DNA of 50,040 nucleotides from a virus (Duplodnaviria; Heunggongvirae; Uroviricota; Caudoviricetes): IMG/VR virus record IMGVR_UViG_2529293039_000013; one strand, 5' to 3'. Shown piece by piece: positions 9,379 to 17,364 of this stretch (position 1 is its first letter; each line of letters starts with the position of its first letter). The notes under the pieces were generated by a model. It saw only the letters and a program-made list of their open reading frames with translations, ran no database searches and was not told where the DNA came from. The position numbers and the translations under genes were made by a program.

Positions 9379-9599
9379 TCCGGAATATTTTCAAACGGTT
9401 TACCAATCATACTTTCCGTTGTCCTCGTCCGGGTCAGTGGTACACCACGCCTGCTGGGCATGTTCTACGTGTTAGCCTGGTTGACCGTGAATGTCAGAAG
9501 GTGGTTTGTGAACCGCTGGGCCGTAATTACCGCGTCAGTATGCCGCTTATAGCCTTTTGCTCCGGAAAAATGTTTAAGCGTCTGGGAGGTGTGGCGTGA
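9375..9599 (+). CDS. hypothetical small Cys-containing protein
   Basis: ATGA overlap with upstream gene; 74 aa. Confidence 0.4.
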   Translation: MIRNIFKRFTNHTFRCPRPGQWYTTPAGHVLRVSLVDRECQKVVCEPLGRNYRVSMPLIAFCSGKMFKRLGGVA

Positions 9600-9895
9600 A
9601 CTGTTTTCAGTTTGTGTGCGGATGTGCTTTCGATAACCCGATTCAGCGCCTGATTATGTTGCGTGTTTTGATGTCGGGTTCTTCAGACGGTGAAGGCGAG
9701 AGAGTTATTGATCATCAGGTGCTTGCTGATTTCTGCTGTTGTTCTAAGCAAGCGATATTCAGGGAAACCCTGGCACTGGAAAGAGCTGGTTATCTTCATA
9801 TCCGAAAAATTGCAACGCTTACTATTGATGCAAAAGCCAGACTACAACCTGCGCGTGGCTACACAATTCTCATGCTGCGGAAGGAGGTTGTATGA
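9596..9895 (+). CDS. putative helix-turn-helix protein associated with replication module
   Basis: GTG start overlapping upstream stop; overlaps downstream start. Confidence 0.4.
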   Translation: MNCFQFVCGCAFDNPIQRLIMLRVLMSGSSDGEGERVIDHQVLADFCCCSKQAIFRETLALERAGYLHIRKIATLTIDAKARLQPARGYTILMLRKEVV

Positions 9896-10887
9896 GCCGT
9901 TACGCCCCCACACCGGAAGTTATGGCTATTGGTCAAATTAATATTTCCGGCAATGTTACACCTGCGACCTGGTGGAAATATATTCGACTACCCAGTGGGC
10001 GTCCGGATGCGACGGCTATCGCTCTGCTTTCAGAGATCGTTTACTGGTACCGCCCGACAGAGGTCAGGGATGAGCACACCGGAGCGTTGCTGGGATATCG
10101 CAAGCGTTTTCAGGGCGACAAACTGCAAAGAAGCTACCAGGCGTTTGCTGAGCAGTTTGGTTTCGGGAAAAGGGAAACCGCAGATGCGCTGAAGCGTCTG
10201 CGCGATGCAGGGTTTATTACTCTGGATTTACGCACGGTGGAAATGCTCGATGGGGTGAAATGCAGCAATATTTTGTTTGTCGGGATCAACCCACAGGCAA
10301 TTGCGGCCATCACCACACCTTCTTCTGTTTCGCCAGAAAGTAACAGCAATAATGCAATCAGCGATACAGCTATTACGTTAAAACGGAACACCCCCCGACG
10401 TCATAACGGAACAGGGGATACGCCGAATGTTGATACAAATACAGAGATTACTACAGAGATTACTACAGAGATTACAACGGAGACTAAAAACACTATTGGC
10501 GCATCCGCTGACGCGTCTGCACCAGCGCGTTCTGCCAGACAGGAATATTCACCGGAATTTGAACAGGCCTGGCAGGAATATCCCAAACGTGCTGGTGGTA
10601 ATTCAAAATCCGCCGCTTTTAAAGCCTGGAAAGCCCGAATCAGGGAAGGTGTGACACCCGAAACCATGCTCGACGGTGTGAAACGCTATGCCGCCTGGGT
10701 GCGTGTCTCTGGAAATACCGGTACCCAGTTCGTGAAGCAGGCGTCGATGTTCTTTGGTCCGGATCGTCATTTCGAAGAATCCTGGGAAGTTCCTGCGGTA
10801 TCTGCAGCCAGACGCGAGGACCCGTACTTCAAAGCCAGTTACGACAACGTGGACTACAGCCAGATCCCGGAAGGATTCAGGGGGTGA
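9892..10887 (+). CDS. phage replication protein with DnaT-like C-terminal domain
   Basis: C-terminus ...SQIPEGFRG resembles E. coli DnaT C-terminus (from memory); internal tandem repeats. Confidence 0.55.
   Translation: MSRYAPTPEVMAIGQINISGNVTPATWWKYIRLPSGRPDATAIALLSEIVYWYRPTEVRDEHTGALLGYRKRFQGDKLQRSYQAFAEQFGFGKRETADALKRLRDAGFITLDLRTVEMLDGVKCSNILFVGINPQAIAAITTPSSVSPESNSNNAISDTAITLKRNTPRRHNGTGDTPNVDTNTEITTEITTEITTETKNTIGASADASAPARSARQEYSPEFEQAWQEYPKRAGGNSKSAAFKAWKARIREGVTPETMLDGVKRYAAWVRVSGNTGTQFVKQASMFFGPDRHFEESWEVPAVSAARREDPYFKASYDNVDYSQIPEGFRG
10441..10485. repeat. 12-bp direct repeats, about 3.5 copies, inside replication gene (putative origin iterons)
   Basis: acagagattact repeated in tandem, encoding TEITTEITTEITTE. 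Confidence 0.6.
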
Positions 10888-10888
10888 T

Positions 10889-10981
10889 CATGAGTCTTTT
10901 GAATGAAGTTCAGAAATTCATTGAAGCCCATCCGGGGTGTACTTCCGGAGACATTGCGGATGCTTTTTACGTGGGGGCTTA
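10889..10981 (+). CDS. very small hypothetical ORF (30 aa)
   Basis: fills gap between replication gene and dam; stop overlaps dam start. Confidence 0.2.
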
Positions 10982-11635
10982 ATGAGTAATAAATATTGCC
11001 AGGCGCTGGTAGAACTGCGGAACAAACCAGCCCATGAACTGAAGGAAGTGGGCGATCAGTGGCGCACGCCGGACAACATTTTCTGGGGAATTAACACCCT
11101 GTTTGGCCCGTTTGTTCTGGATCTGTTCACTGACGGTGATAACGCCAAATGTGCTGCGTATTACACGGCGGAAGACAACGCGCTGGCGCATGACTGGTCA
11201 GAACGCCTTGCGGAGCTTAAAGGTGCTGCCTTTGGTAATCCCCCATACAGCCGCGCCAGTCAGCATGAGGGGCAATACATCACCGGCATGCGTTACATCA
11301 TGAAGCATGCCAGTGCCATGCGTGATAAAGGCGGGCGCTATGTTTTCCTGATCAAAGCTGCCACCAGCGAAGTGTGGTGGCCGGAAGATGCAGATCATAT
11401 TGCTTTTATTCGCGGGCGTATTGGTTTTGAACTGCCTGCCTGGTTTATCCCGAAGGATGAGAAGCAGGTGCCGACAGGCGCTTTCTTCGCTGGTGCTATT
11501 GCTGTTTTCGACAAGACCTGGAAGGGACCGGCAATCAGCTACATCGGGCGCGATGAACTTGATGCATGTGGTGAGGCCTTTCTGGCGCAGGTTCGCCAGC
11601 AGGCAGAAAAACTGGTCAGGGAGATGGTGGCATGA
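10982..11635 (+). CDS. phage DNA N6-adenine methyltransferase (Dam-like)
   Basis: NPPY catalytic motif (FGNPPYSR); start taken at internal MSNKYCQALVEL. Confidence 0.8.
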   Translation: MSNKYCQALVELRNKPAHELKEVGDQWRTPDNIFWGINTLFGPFVLDLFTDGDNAKCAAYYTAEDNALAHDWSERLAELKGAAFGNPPYSRASQHEGQYITGMRYIMKHASAMRDKGGRYVFLIKAATSEVWWPEDADHIAFIRGRIGFELPAWFIPKDEKQVPTGAFFAGAIAVFDKTWKGPAISYIGRDELDACGEAFLAQVRQQAEKLVREMVA

Positions 11636-11958
11636 CGACGTTAACTCAATGCCAGCAGCAGGTGCTGGATATGCTGATTTCTTATCAGAAAGAACGTGGC
11701 TTCCCGCCAACCAATCAGGAGGTGGCAACCATGCTGGGATACCGTTCAGTGAATGCAGCGGTGGAGCATCTTCGCGCACTGGAGAAAAAAGGCGTCATCA
11801 CGATAAAGCGTGGCGTGGCCCGGGGCATCACGCTTCATACCGCGGTGAAGGACGACGACAGCGAGGCGGTCGGGATTATCCGCTCACTGCTTGCCGGTGA
11901 GGAAAACGCCAGGCTGCGTGCAACCCACTGGTTACATAAGAGGGGCCTGAAAGTATGA
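11632..11958 (+). CDS. LexA N-terminal DNA-binding-domain protein lacking peptidase domain
   Basis: LexA-like winged-helix N-terminus (LTQCQQQVLDMLISYQKERGFPPTNQEVATMLGYRS); only 108 aa. Confidence 0.55.
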   Translation: MTTLTQCQQQVLDMLISYQKERGFPPTNQEVATMLGYRSVNAAVEHLRALEKKGVITIKRGVARGITLHTAVKDDDSEAVGIIRSLLAGEENARLRATHWLHKRGLKV

Positions 11959-12344
11959 AGCTGATCCTGCCTTTCCCGCCCAGCGTGAACACGTACTGGC
12001 GACACCCCAACAAAGGGGCGTTTGCAGGTAAGAGCCTGATAAGCGCGGCGGGGCGAAAATTTCAGAGCGCGGCGTGCGCAGCAATAGTTGAACAGTTACG
12101 TCGTCTGCCGAAACCAACGTCGGCACCTGCTTCAGTGGAGATCGTGTTGTTTCCTCCGGATAACAGGATCCGCGATCTGGACAACTATAACAAGGCGCTG
12201 TTTGACGCCCTGACCCACGCGGGGGTGTGGGAAGACGACAGTCAGGTGAAAAGAATGCTGGTGGAGTGGGGACCGGTTATCCCGGAAGGGAAGGTCGAGA
12301 TCACTATCAGTAAGTACGAGAAAACGGCGGGTGCAGCTGCCTGA
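11955..12344 (+). CDS. rusA: Holliday junction resolvase RusA
   Basis: N-terminus MKLILPFPPSVNTYWR characteristic of RusA. Confidence 0.85.
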   Translation: MKLILPFPPSVNTYWRHPNKGAFAGKSLISAAGRKFQSAACAAIVEQLRRLPKPTSAPASVEIVLFPPDNRIRDLDNYNKALFDALTHAGVWEDDSQVKRMLVEWGPVIPEGKVEITISKYEKTAGAAA

Positions 12345-12363
12345 TTAAGAGGAGAAACGAAGT

Positions 12364-13173
12364 ATGAATAATCTGATGGTCATTGATGGTATTGAAGTTC
12401 GTCGTGATGCTTATGGGCGTTACAGCCTGAACGATCTGCATCGCGCAGCAGTAGCATCTGGTGCAAATGCCAGAACCAAGGAGCCAGGAAAGTTTCTTTC
12501 CAGCCAACAAACTGTTGAGCTTGTTCATGAATTAACCAACACCCAGAATTTGGGTGTTGACCCGGTGAGTGTGATTCATGGGGGAAATGAACGGGGAACG
12601 TATGTCTGTAAGGAACTGGTGTATGCCTATGCAATGTGGATCAGCCCGTCATTCCATCTGAAGGTGATCCGTACTTTCGATATGGTAACCAGCGCGCCGG
12701 AAAAGTTATCCGGACAGGCTGCTGACAAGATGCAGGCTGGCGTGATCCTGCTGGACTTTATGCGCCGGGAGTTAAATCTGTCTAACTCTTCAGTGCTTGG
12801 TGCCTGTCAGAAACTCCAGGAGGCTGTTGGCTTACCGAATCTGGCACCGCGCTATGCCATTGATGCTCCTGCTGACGCGCCTGATGGCTCAAGCCGCCCG
12901 ACACTGTCACTGAGTGCACTGCTGAAGCAGTATGGTATCCGCCTGACAGCTAATCAGGCATATCACCAGATGGCGAAGCTGGGGATCGTTGAACAACGTG
13001 AACGATACAGCCGTACCGCGATTAACAACATCAAAAAATTCTGGTCGCTGACGGCGAAAGGCTGCATGTTCGGCAAGAACATCACCAGTCCCGCAAATCC
13101 GCGCGAGACGCAGCCGCATTTCTTCGAATCCCGATTCCCTGAGCTGTTAAAGCTACTCGATACCGTTCATTGA
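12364..13173 (+). CDS. KilA-N domain protein
   Basis: N-terminal KilA-N-like region (MVIDGIEVRRDAYGRYSLNDLHRA). Confidence 0.6.
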   Translation: MNNLMVIDGIEVRRDAYGRYSLNDLHRAAVASGANARTKEPGKFLSSQQTVELVHELTNTQNLGVDPVSVIHGGNERGTYVCKELVYAYAMWISPSFHLKVIRTFDMVTSAPEKLSGQAADKMQAGVILLDFMRRELNLSNSSVLGACQKLQEAVGLPNLAPRYAIDAPADAPDGSSRPTLSLSALLKQYGIRLTANQAYHQMAKLGIVEQRERYSRTAINNIKKFWSLTAKGCMFGKNITSPANPRETQPHFFESRFPELLKLLDTVH

Positions 13174-13174
13174 G

Positions 13175-14170
13175 GTGACCGTGAGAGCACTACTGACCCC
13201 TGAAATTGCCCCGCGTATGGGGATCGTATTGTTCAGGCCAGGTTCAGAGCTGATGCCCCTGTTTATGCAGGGGCGTGTCCTGCTGGAGCCAGAGCCGGAA
13301 CGTTATTCATCTTTCGCCAGTGGTGCCGTTCCGGCGGCATCACAACCGCTGGCGGATGATCCTGCCGTTCGGACCGTGTTCCGCAATGAGGCAGTGATCC
13401 GTCGTGCTGGTGGCGTGGAATGTCTTGAAAGCTGGTTACTTCGTGAAAAAGGTTGCCAGTGGCCTCATTCCGACTGGCACAGCGAGAACATGACCACAAT
13501 GCGACACACGCCGGGCGCAATCCGTCTGTGCTGGCACTGCGATAACCAGCTGCGCGATCAGTTCACGGAACGGCTGGAATCAATGGCAACGGATAACTGT
13601 ACCCGCTGGGTGTTGTCTGTTGTGCGTCGGGATCTCGGTTTTGATGACAGTCACGTTGTGACAATGCCGGAACTGTGCTGGTGGCTGATTCGTAATGACC
13701 TGGCGGATGCCTTACCGGAAAGTGCAGCCCGTAAGGCACTGAGATTACCGAAGCCTGTTGTGCCGTCTGTCACCCGGGAAAGTGACCTTGTGCCTTCGGT
13801 TCCTGCCACCAGCATCATCCAGGATAAAGCGAAAAAGGTGCTGGCGCTGAAAGTGGATCCGGAGTCGCCGGAGTCTTTTATGTTACGCCCAAAACGTCGC
13901 CGCTGGGTTAATGAAAAGTACACGCGCTGGGTTAAGACACAGCCGTGTGCATGTTGTGGAAAGCCCGCTGATGATCCCCACCACCTGATAGGCCACGGTC
14001 AGTGTGGAATGGGTACAAAAGCGCATGACCTTTTTGTGTTGCCTTTGTGCAGAAAGCATCACGACGAGCTGCATGCGGATACCGTGGCATTTGAAGAGAA
14101 GTATGGCTCTCAGCTGGAGCTGATATTTCGTTTTATCGATCGTGCGCTGGCAATTGGCGTACTGGCGTAA
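13175..14170 (+). CDS. DUF968-family protein with C-terminal Cys/His zinc-binding motif
   Basis: C-terminal CACCGK...HHLIGHG...CRKHHDELH motif; GTG start. Confidence 0.55.
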   Translation: MTVRALLTPEIAPRMGIVLFRPGSELMPLFMQGRVLLEPEPERYSSFASGAVPAASQPLADDPAVRTVFRNEAVIRRAGGVECLESWLLREKGCQWPHSDWHSENMTTMRHTPGAIRLCWHCDNQLRDQFTERLESMATDNCTRWVLSVVRRDLGFDDSHVVTMPELCWWLIRNDLADALPESAARKALRLPKPVVPSVTRESDLVPSVPATSIIQDKAKKVLALKVDPESPESFMLRPKRRRWVNEKYTRWVKTQPCACCGKPADDPHHLIGHGQCGMGTKAHDLFVLPLCRKHHDELHADTVAFEEKYGSQLELIFRFIDRALAIGVLA

Positions 14171-14183
14171 GTGGAGAACGAGC

Positions 14184-14936
14184 ATGAACCTTGAAGCCTT
14201 ACCGAAATATTACTCCCCGAAATCTCCAAAACTGAGCGATGACGCACCGGCGACAGGCTCTGGTGGTTTAACAATTACGGATGTGATGGCTGCGCAGGGG
14301 ATGGTGCAGTCAAAAGCACCGCTTGGGTTTGCTTTATTCCTGGCAAAAGTTGGTGTTCAGGATCCTCAGTTTGCGATTGAAGGTCTGCTCAATTACGCGA
14401 TGGCACTGGATAACCCGACATTGAATAAATTGAGTGAAGAAACCCGGCTACAGATCATTCCTTACCTTGTGAATTTTGCCTTTGCTGATTATTCCAGGTC
14501 TGCGGCAAGTAAGGCTCGCTGTGAGCATTGTGCTGGTACTGGATTTCATAATGTATTGCGCGAGGTGGTGAAACACTCCAGAAGCGGGGAATCTGTTATT
14601 AAGGAAGAGTGGGTGAAGGAACTATGTCAGCATTGTCATGGTAAGGGAGAAGTCAGCACAGCATGCAGAGGGTGCAAGGGTAAAGGTATTGTCCTGGATG
14701 AAAAAAGAACCCGGCTTCATGGCACGCCTGTTTATAAGGTTTGTGGGCGTTGCAATGGAAACCGGTTTAGCCGTTTACCAACCACACTGGCGCGGCTTCA
14801 TGTCCAGAAGCTGGTACCAGACCTGACGGATTATCAGTGGTACAAAGGATATGCAGATGTCATTGATAAACTGGTTACAAAGTGCTGGCAGGAAGAAGCA
14901 TATGCAGAGATACAATTGAGAAAGGTGACAAGATAA
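14184..14936 (+). CDS. late-gene antitermination protein Q (QuuQ/Q21-like)
   Basis: 250 aa from internal start MNLEALPKYYSPKSPKLSDDAP; several CxxC pairs; position before late promoter. Confidence 0.75.
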   Translation: MNLEALPKYYSPKSPKLSDDAPATGSGGLTITDVMAAQGMVQSKAPLGFALFLAKVGVQDPQFAIEGLLNYAMALDNPTLNKLSEETRLQIIPYLVNFAFADYSRSAASKARCEHCAGTGFHNVLREVVKHSRSGESVIKEEWVKELCQHCHGKGEVSTACRGCKGKGIVLDEKRTRLHGTPVYKVCGRCNGNRFSRLPTTLARLHVQKLVPDLTDYQWYKGYADVIDKLVTKCWQEEAYAEIQLRKVTR

Positions 14937-14970
14937 ATGGTTTTCGCCGAAGATGACGACATGATGCTTG

Positions 14971-14999
14971 CATTTTTCAAAAAATATGGATAAGATTTT
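14971..14999 (+). promoter_or_regulatory. candidate late promoter (PR-prime-like)
   Basis: TTGCAT, 17-nt spacer, TAAGAT downstream of Q. Confidence 0.3.
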
Positions 15000-15043
15000 C
15001 CCAACGATGGGCTTTGTATGTCTACCGTTGATAAGATTTAAGA

Positions 15044-15068
15044 ACCCGCCGATGCGCGGGTTTTTTTG
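15044..15068 (+). terminator. intrinsic terminator (tR-prime-like) downstream of late promoter
   Basis: hairpin acccgc-cgatgc-gcgggt followed by T7 run. Confidence 0.6.
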
Positions 15069-15247
15069 TACCCAGAATCCTGTGAGCTATACGGAAAGTA
15101 CACAGAAAGGAAGGTGCGACCACAATTAATAACAAAATCTTAAAAATTGCACATGGCACTATTAGTTTTCTAAATATTGTGTATTTTTTGTATTGCAGGA
15201 TGACCCTGTAACGAAGTTTGCGTAACAGCATTTTGCTCTACGAGTTT

Positions 15248-15276
15248 GCCAGCCTCCCCCAGTGGCTGGCTTTTTT
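15248..15276 (+). terminator. intrinsic terminator
   Basis: hairpin gccagcc-loop-ggctggc followed by T6. Confidence 0.55.
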
Positions 15277-15278
15277 AT

Positions 15279-15398
15279 GTCTGTAGCGTCAAAGCAGCAA
15301 TGTCGCTGGGGCGTCGTGCAATTGGCGTTGAGCTGGAGACTGAACGTTTTGAGCAGACGGTCAGGGAAGTTCAGGATTTAGTCAGTCAGAACGGATGA
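15279..15398 (+). pseudogene. 3' remnant of a DNA methyltransferase gene
   Basis: encodes ...GRRAIGVELETERFEQ..., resembling the C-terminal motif of N4/N6 DNA methylases; no N-terminal part. Confidence 0.4.
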
Positions 15399-15438
15399 TA
15401 TTGCAGAATTAGTTACGTACCGTTATTATCCTGCGCCC

Positions 15439-15514
15439 GGCCCTTTAGCTCAGTGGTGAGAGCGAGCGACTCATAATCGCCAGGTCGCTGGTTCAAATCC
15501 AGCAAGGGCCACCA
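15439..15514 (+). tRNA. tRNA with CAU anticodon (Ile2/lysidine type, ileZ-like, or Met)
   Basis: cloverleaf folded by hand: 7-bp acceptor ggccctt/aagggcc, anticodon loop cuCAUaa, TPsiC loop ttcaaat, CCA end. Confidence 0.8.
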
Positions 15515-15521
15515 TCACATA

Positions 15522-15598
15522 CCGCCATTAGCTCATCGGGATAGAGCGTCAGCCTTCGAAGCTGGCTGTGCGGGGTTCAAGTCCCCGATGGCGGTCCA
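15522..15598 (+). tRNA. tRNA-Arg, anticodon UCG
   Basis: acceptor ccgccat/atggcgg, anticodon loop cuUCGaa, TPsiC loop ttcaagt, CCA end. Confidence 0.7.
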
Positions 15599-15611
15599 TT
15601 ATCAGCATCAT

Positions 15612-15688
15612 GCGTTGTTAGCTCAGTCGGACAGAGCAATTGCCTTCTAAGCAATCGGTCACTGGTTCGAATCCAGTACAACGCGCCA
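15612..15688 (+). tRNA. tRNA-Arg, anticodon UCU
   Basis: acceptor gcgttgt/acaacgc, anticodon loop cuUCUaa, TPsiC loop ttcgaat, CCA end. Confidence 0.75.
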
Positions 15689-15701
15689 TATTTATTTACT
15701 T

Positions 15702-15727
15702 GGCTCGCTTTTGCGGGCCTTTTTTTG
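15702..15727 (+). terminator. intrinsic terminator after tRNA cluster
   Basis: hairpin ggctcgc-tttt-gcgggcc followed by T7. Confidence 0.5.
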
Positions 15728-15778
15728 TATCTGCGTTACACCATTAACTAATAAATCGAGTGCTTATCAGGAGGCTAT

Positions 15779-16003
15779 GTGAAAAAACTGATGGTGACGA
15801 TTGGTCCGTTCGAAACAGAAGTTAGTTTTCGTGTTGTTCAGGGGGAGAGTGTACTTGTTGAAGATGTATTTCATGGAAAATCAACAGGTCCTTATGTAAA
15901 AGAATATCTTATCGACGCCACGGATGAAAATATTGAGGTGGTGTACGATTCCGTCAATCACCCTGATTTGATCATTAAGGCAAAATTGAAGCCACTTTAT
16001 TGA
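15779..16003 (+). CDS. hypothetical protein (74 aa), cargo at stx-equivalent locus
   Basis: AGGAGG RBS 5 nt upstream of GTG start; no family recognised. Confidence 0.5.
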   Translation: MKKLMVTIGPFETEVSFRVVQGESVLVEDVFHGKSTGPYVKEYLIDATDENIEVVYDSVNHPDLIIKAKLKPLY

Positions 16004-16055
16004 TCTGACCGGGAGCAATCATAAAATATCTCTGGGTACCCACAAGGAGATAAAT

Positions 16056-16265
16056 ATGTTTGTTTCTGAAGTGTTAATGGAAGATAAGGACAACAAAGGA
16101 TGGGTTAAAGGTTGGGCTGTGGTAAGAAGCTCGCCCTGGCATCTTGTTGGGGTTTTTGCGACAGAGGAAGACGCAGAAACGGAAGCAAGAAAGATGGGAG
16201 ATAAGTACGAGGTTCACTATGGCTCGCATCGAACAGGAAGTGATGATTTTGTCTGGGGGGAGTAA
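16056..16265 (+). CDS. hypothetical protein (69 aa), cargo at stx-equivalent locus
   Basis: AGGAG RBS; acidic, Trp-rich; followed by terminator. Confidence 0.5.
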   Translation: MFVSEVLMEDKDNKGWVKGWAVVRSSPWHLVGVFATEEDAETEARKMGDKYEVHYGSHRTGSDDFVWGE

Positions 16266-16299
16266 CAGTCGTTTAACCCCAGAATAATCCCGTAACTGA

Positions 16300-16322
16300 G
16301 GTCGCTATTGGCGGCCTTTTTT
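16300..16322 (+). terminator. intrinsic terminator
   Basis: hairpin ggtcgc-tattg-gcggcc followed by T6. Confidence 0.4.
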
Positions 16323-16454
16323 GTATCCGCGCCACGCCCGGCGCATATCAACCACAGAGCCTTTCGGGGGTGAGCTTACGGAGTGGTCAGTGTGACTTTC
16401 TCTGTGGGCAGATCGCTCCCGGGCGTTGGCTCACCCACCCAAAGGAACGTCACG

Positions 16455-16886
16455 ATGTTTGGTATTTTTGGTAAAAAAGCCCGCCGAGCGGCAGTGGAAA
16501 TTAAAAAGTTTGAGAAACGTGATCTGGCACAGGCGGTTATTAATGCTGCCTATCTGGTGGCCTATGCAGATGGTGAATGTGAGGCTTCAGAGAAAGCGAA
16601 GATCGAGCAGATCTTGCGTAACCAGCCTGCGTTGTCCGCGTTTACGTCAGAAATTAATGCGATTAGCGCAACCATTATCGGTCAGCTGGATACGAACTTT
16701 AAAATTGGTCGTCGAGCGGCATTGCGTGAAATTGAAGATGTGAAACACGATACGCGTGAAGCGGAAGATGTGCTGGATGTGGCGGTGGCCATTGCGGAGG
16801 CAGACGGCGAAATTGAGCCGGAAGAGCGCAAGGTGCTGGAAGAGATTGCCGGTGTTCTGGGTCTTCGTCTGGAGAATCACCAGTGA
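16455..16886 (+). CDS. TerB-like (tellurite-resistance TerB family) domain protein
   Basis: motif AVINAAYLVAYADGECEASEKAKI typical of TerB-like domains; internal start with AAAGGAA RBS. Confidence 0.6.
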   Translation: MFGIFGKKARRAAVEIKKFEKRDLAQAVINAAYLVAYADGECEASEKAKIEQILRNQPALSAFTSEINAISATIIGQLDTNFKIGRRAALREIEDVKHDTREAEDVLDVAVAIAEADGEIEPEERKVLEEIAGVLGLRLENHQ

Positions 16887-17050
16887 CGGTAAAACTGCGC
16901 CTGGCTGTGGCTGCACTCCTGCTGTTTCTGGTGGTGATGGTGGATTTCACCAGCAGAATCATGTCGGTGCTGGCGGATGGGGTGCTGGTCTGCGGCATTG
17001 TGGTATTGCTGTGGCCGGTGATAAAAAGAAACAGCCTGCATAATGCTTGA
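16883..17050 (+). CDS. small hydrophobic membrane peptide (55 aa), translationally coupled to TerB-like gene
   Basis: GTG overlapping upstream TGA; two predicted hydrophobic helices. Confidence 0.3.
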   Translation: MTVKLRLAVAALLLFLVVMVDFTSRIMSVLADGVLVCGIVVLLWPVIKRNSLHNA

Positions 17051-17364
17051 TTTTTTTATTTGCTGTTTATTAAAAATACTACTGCATGGTGAATCCCCCT
17101 GTGCGGAGGGGCGATCAGCAACCAGGTATATGGGATAATCGCGGATTCAGGTGCTGATACTGAATTCACCGGGAGGCACCCGGCACCATGCTTTGCCGCA
17201 AAAGTGTTGTTTCTGTTTTTCTCAAACTATCATCGTTATCCCTTTATTTCCGGCTGCGCATGGCGTGGCCTTTTTTTTACGACCAGCCACTGGCAGATGG
17301 CCATCCTGTAATTTGATTCCGGTTCCGGCTTTTTAACTCTGTTCCTGTACACGGGAGAAATTCG

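Noticed and set aside
10441-10485. Possible CRISPR array
   Set aside because: Repeats are only 12 bp, directly tandem with no spacers, and in-frame within a coding sequence; no cas genes in the window.
15779-17050. Shiga toxin genes at the canonical Q-tRNA-stx position
   Set aside because: The ORFs here (74, 69, 143, 55 aa) do not match the sizes or sequence character of StxA (about 319 aa) or StxB (about 89 aa); no signal-peptide A/B subunit pair is present.
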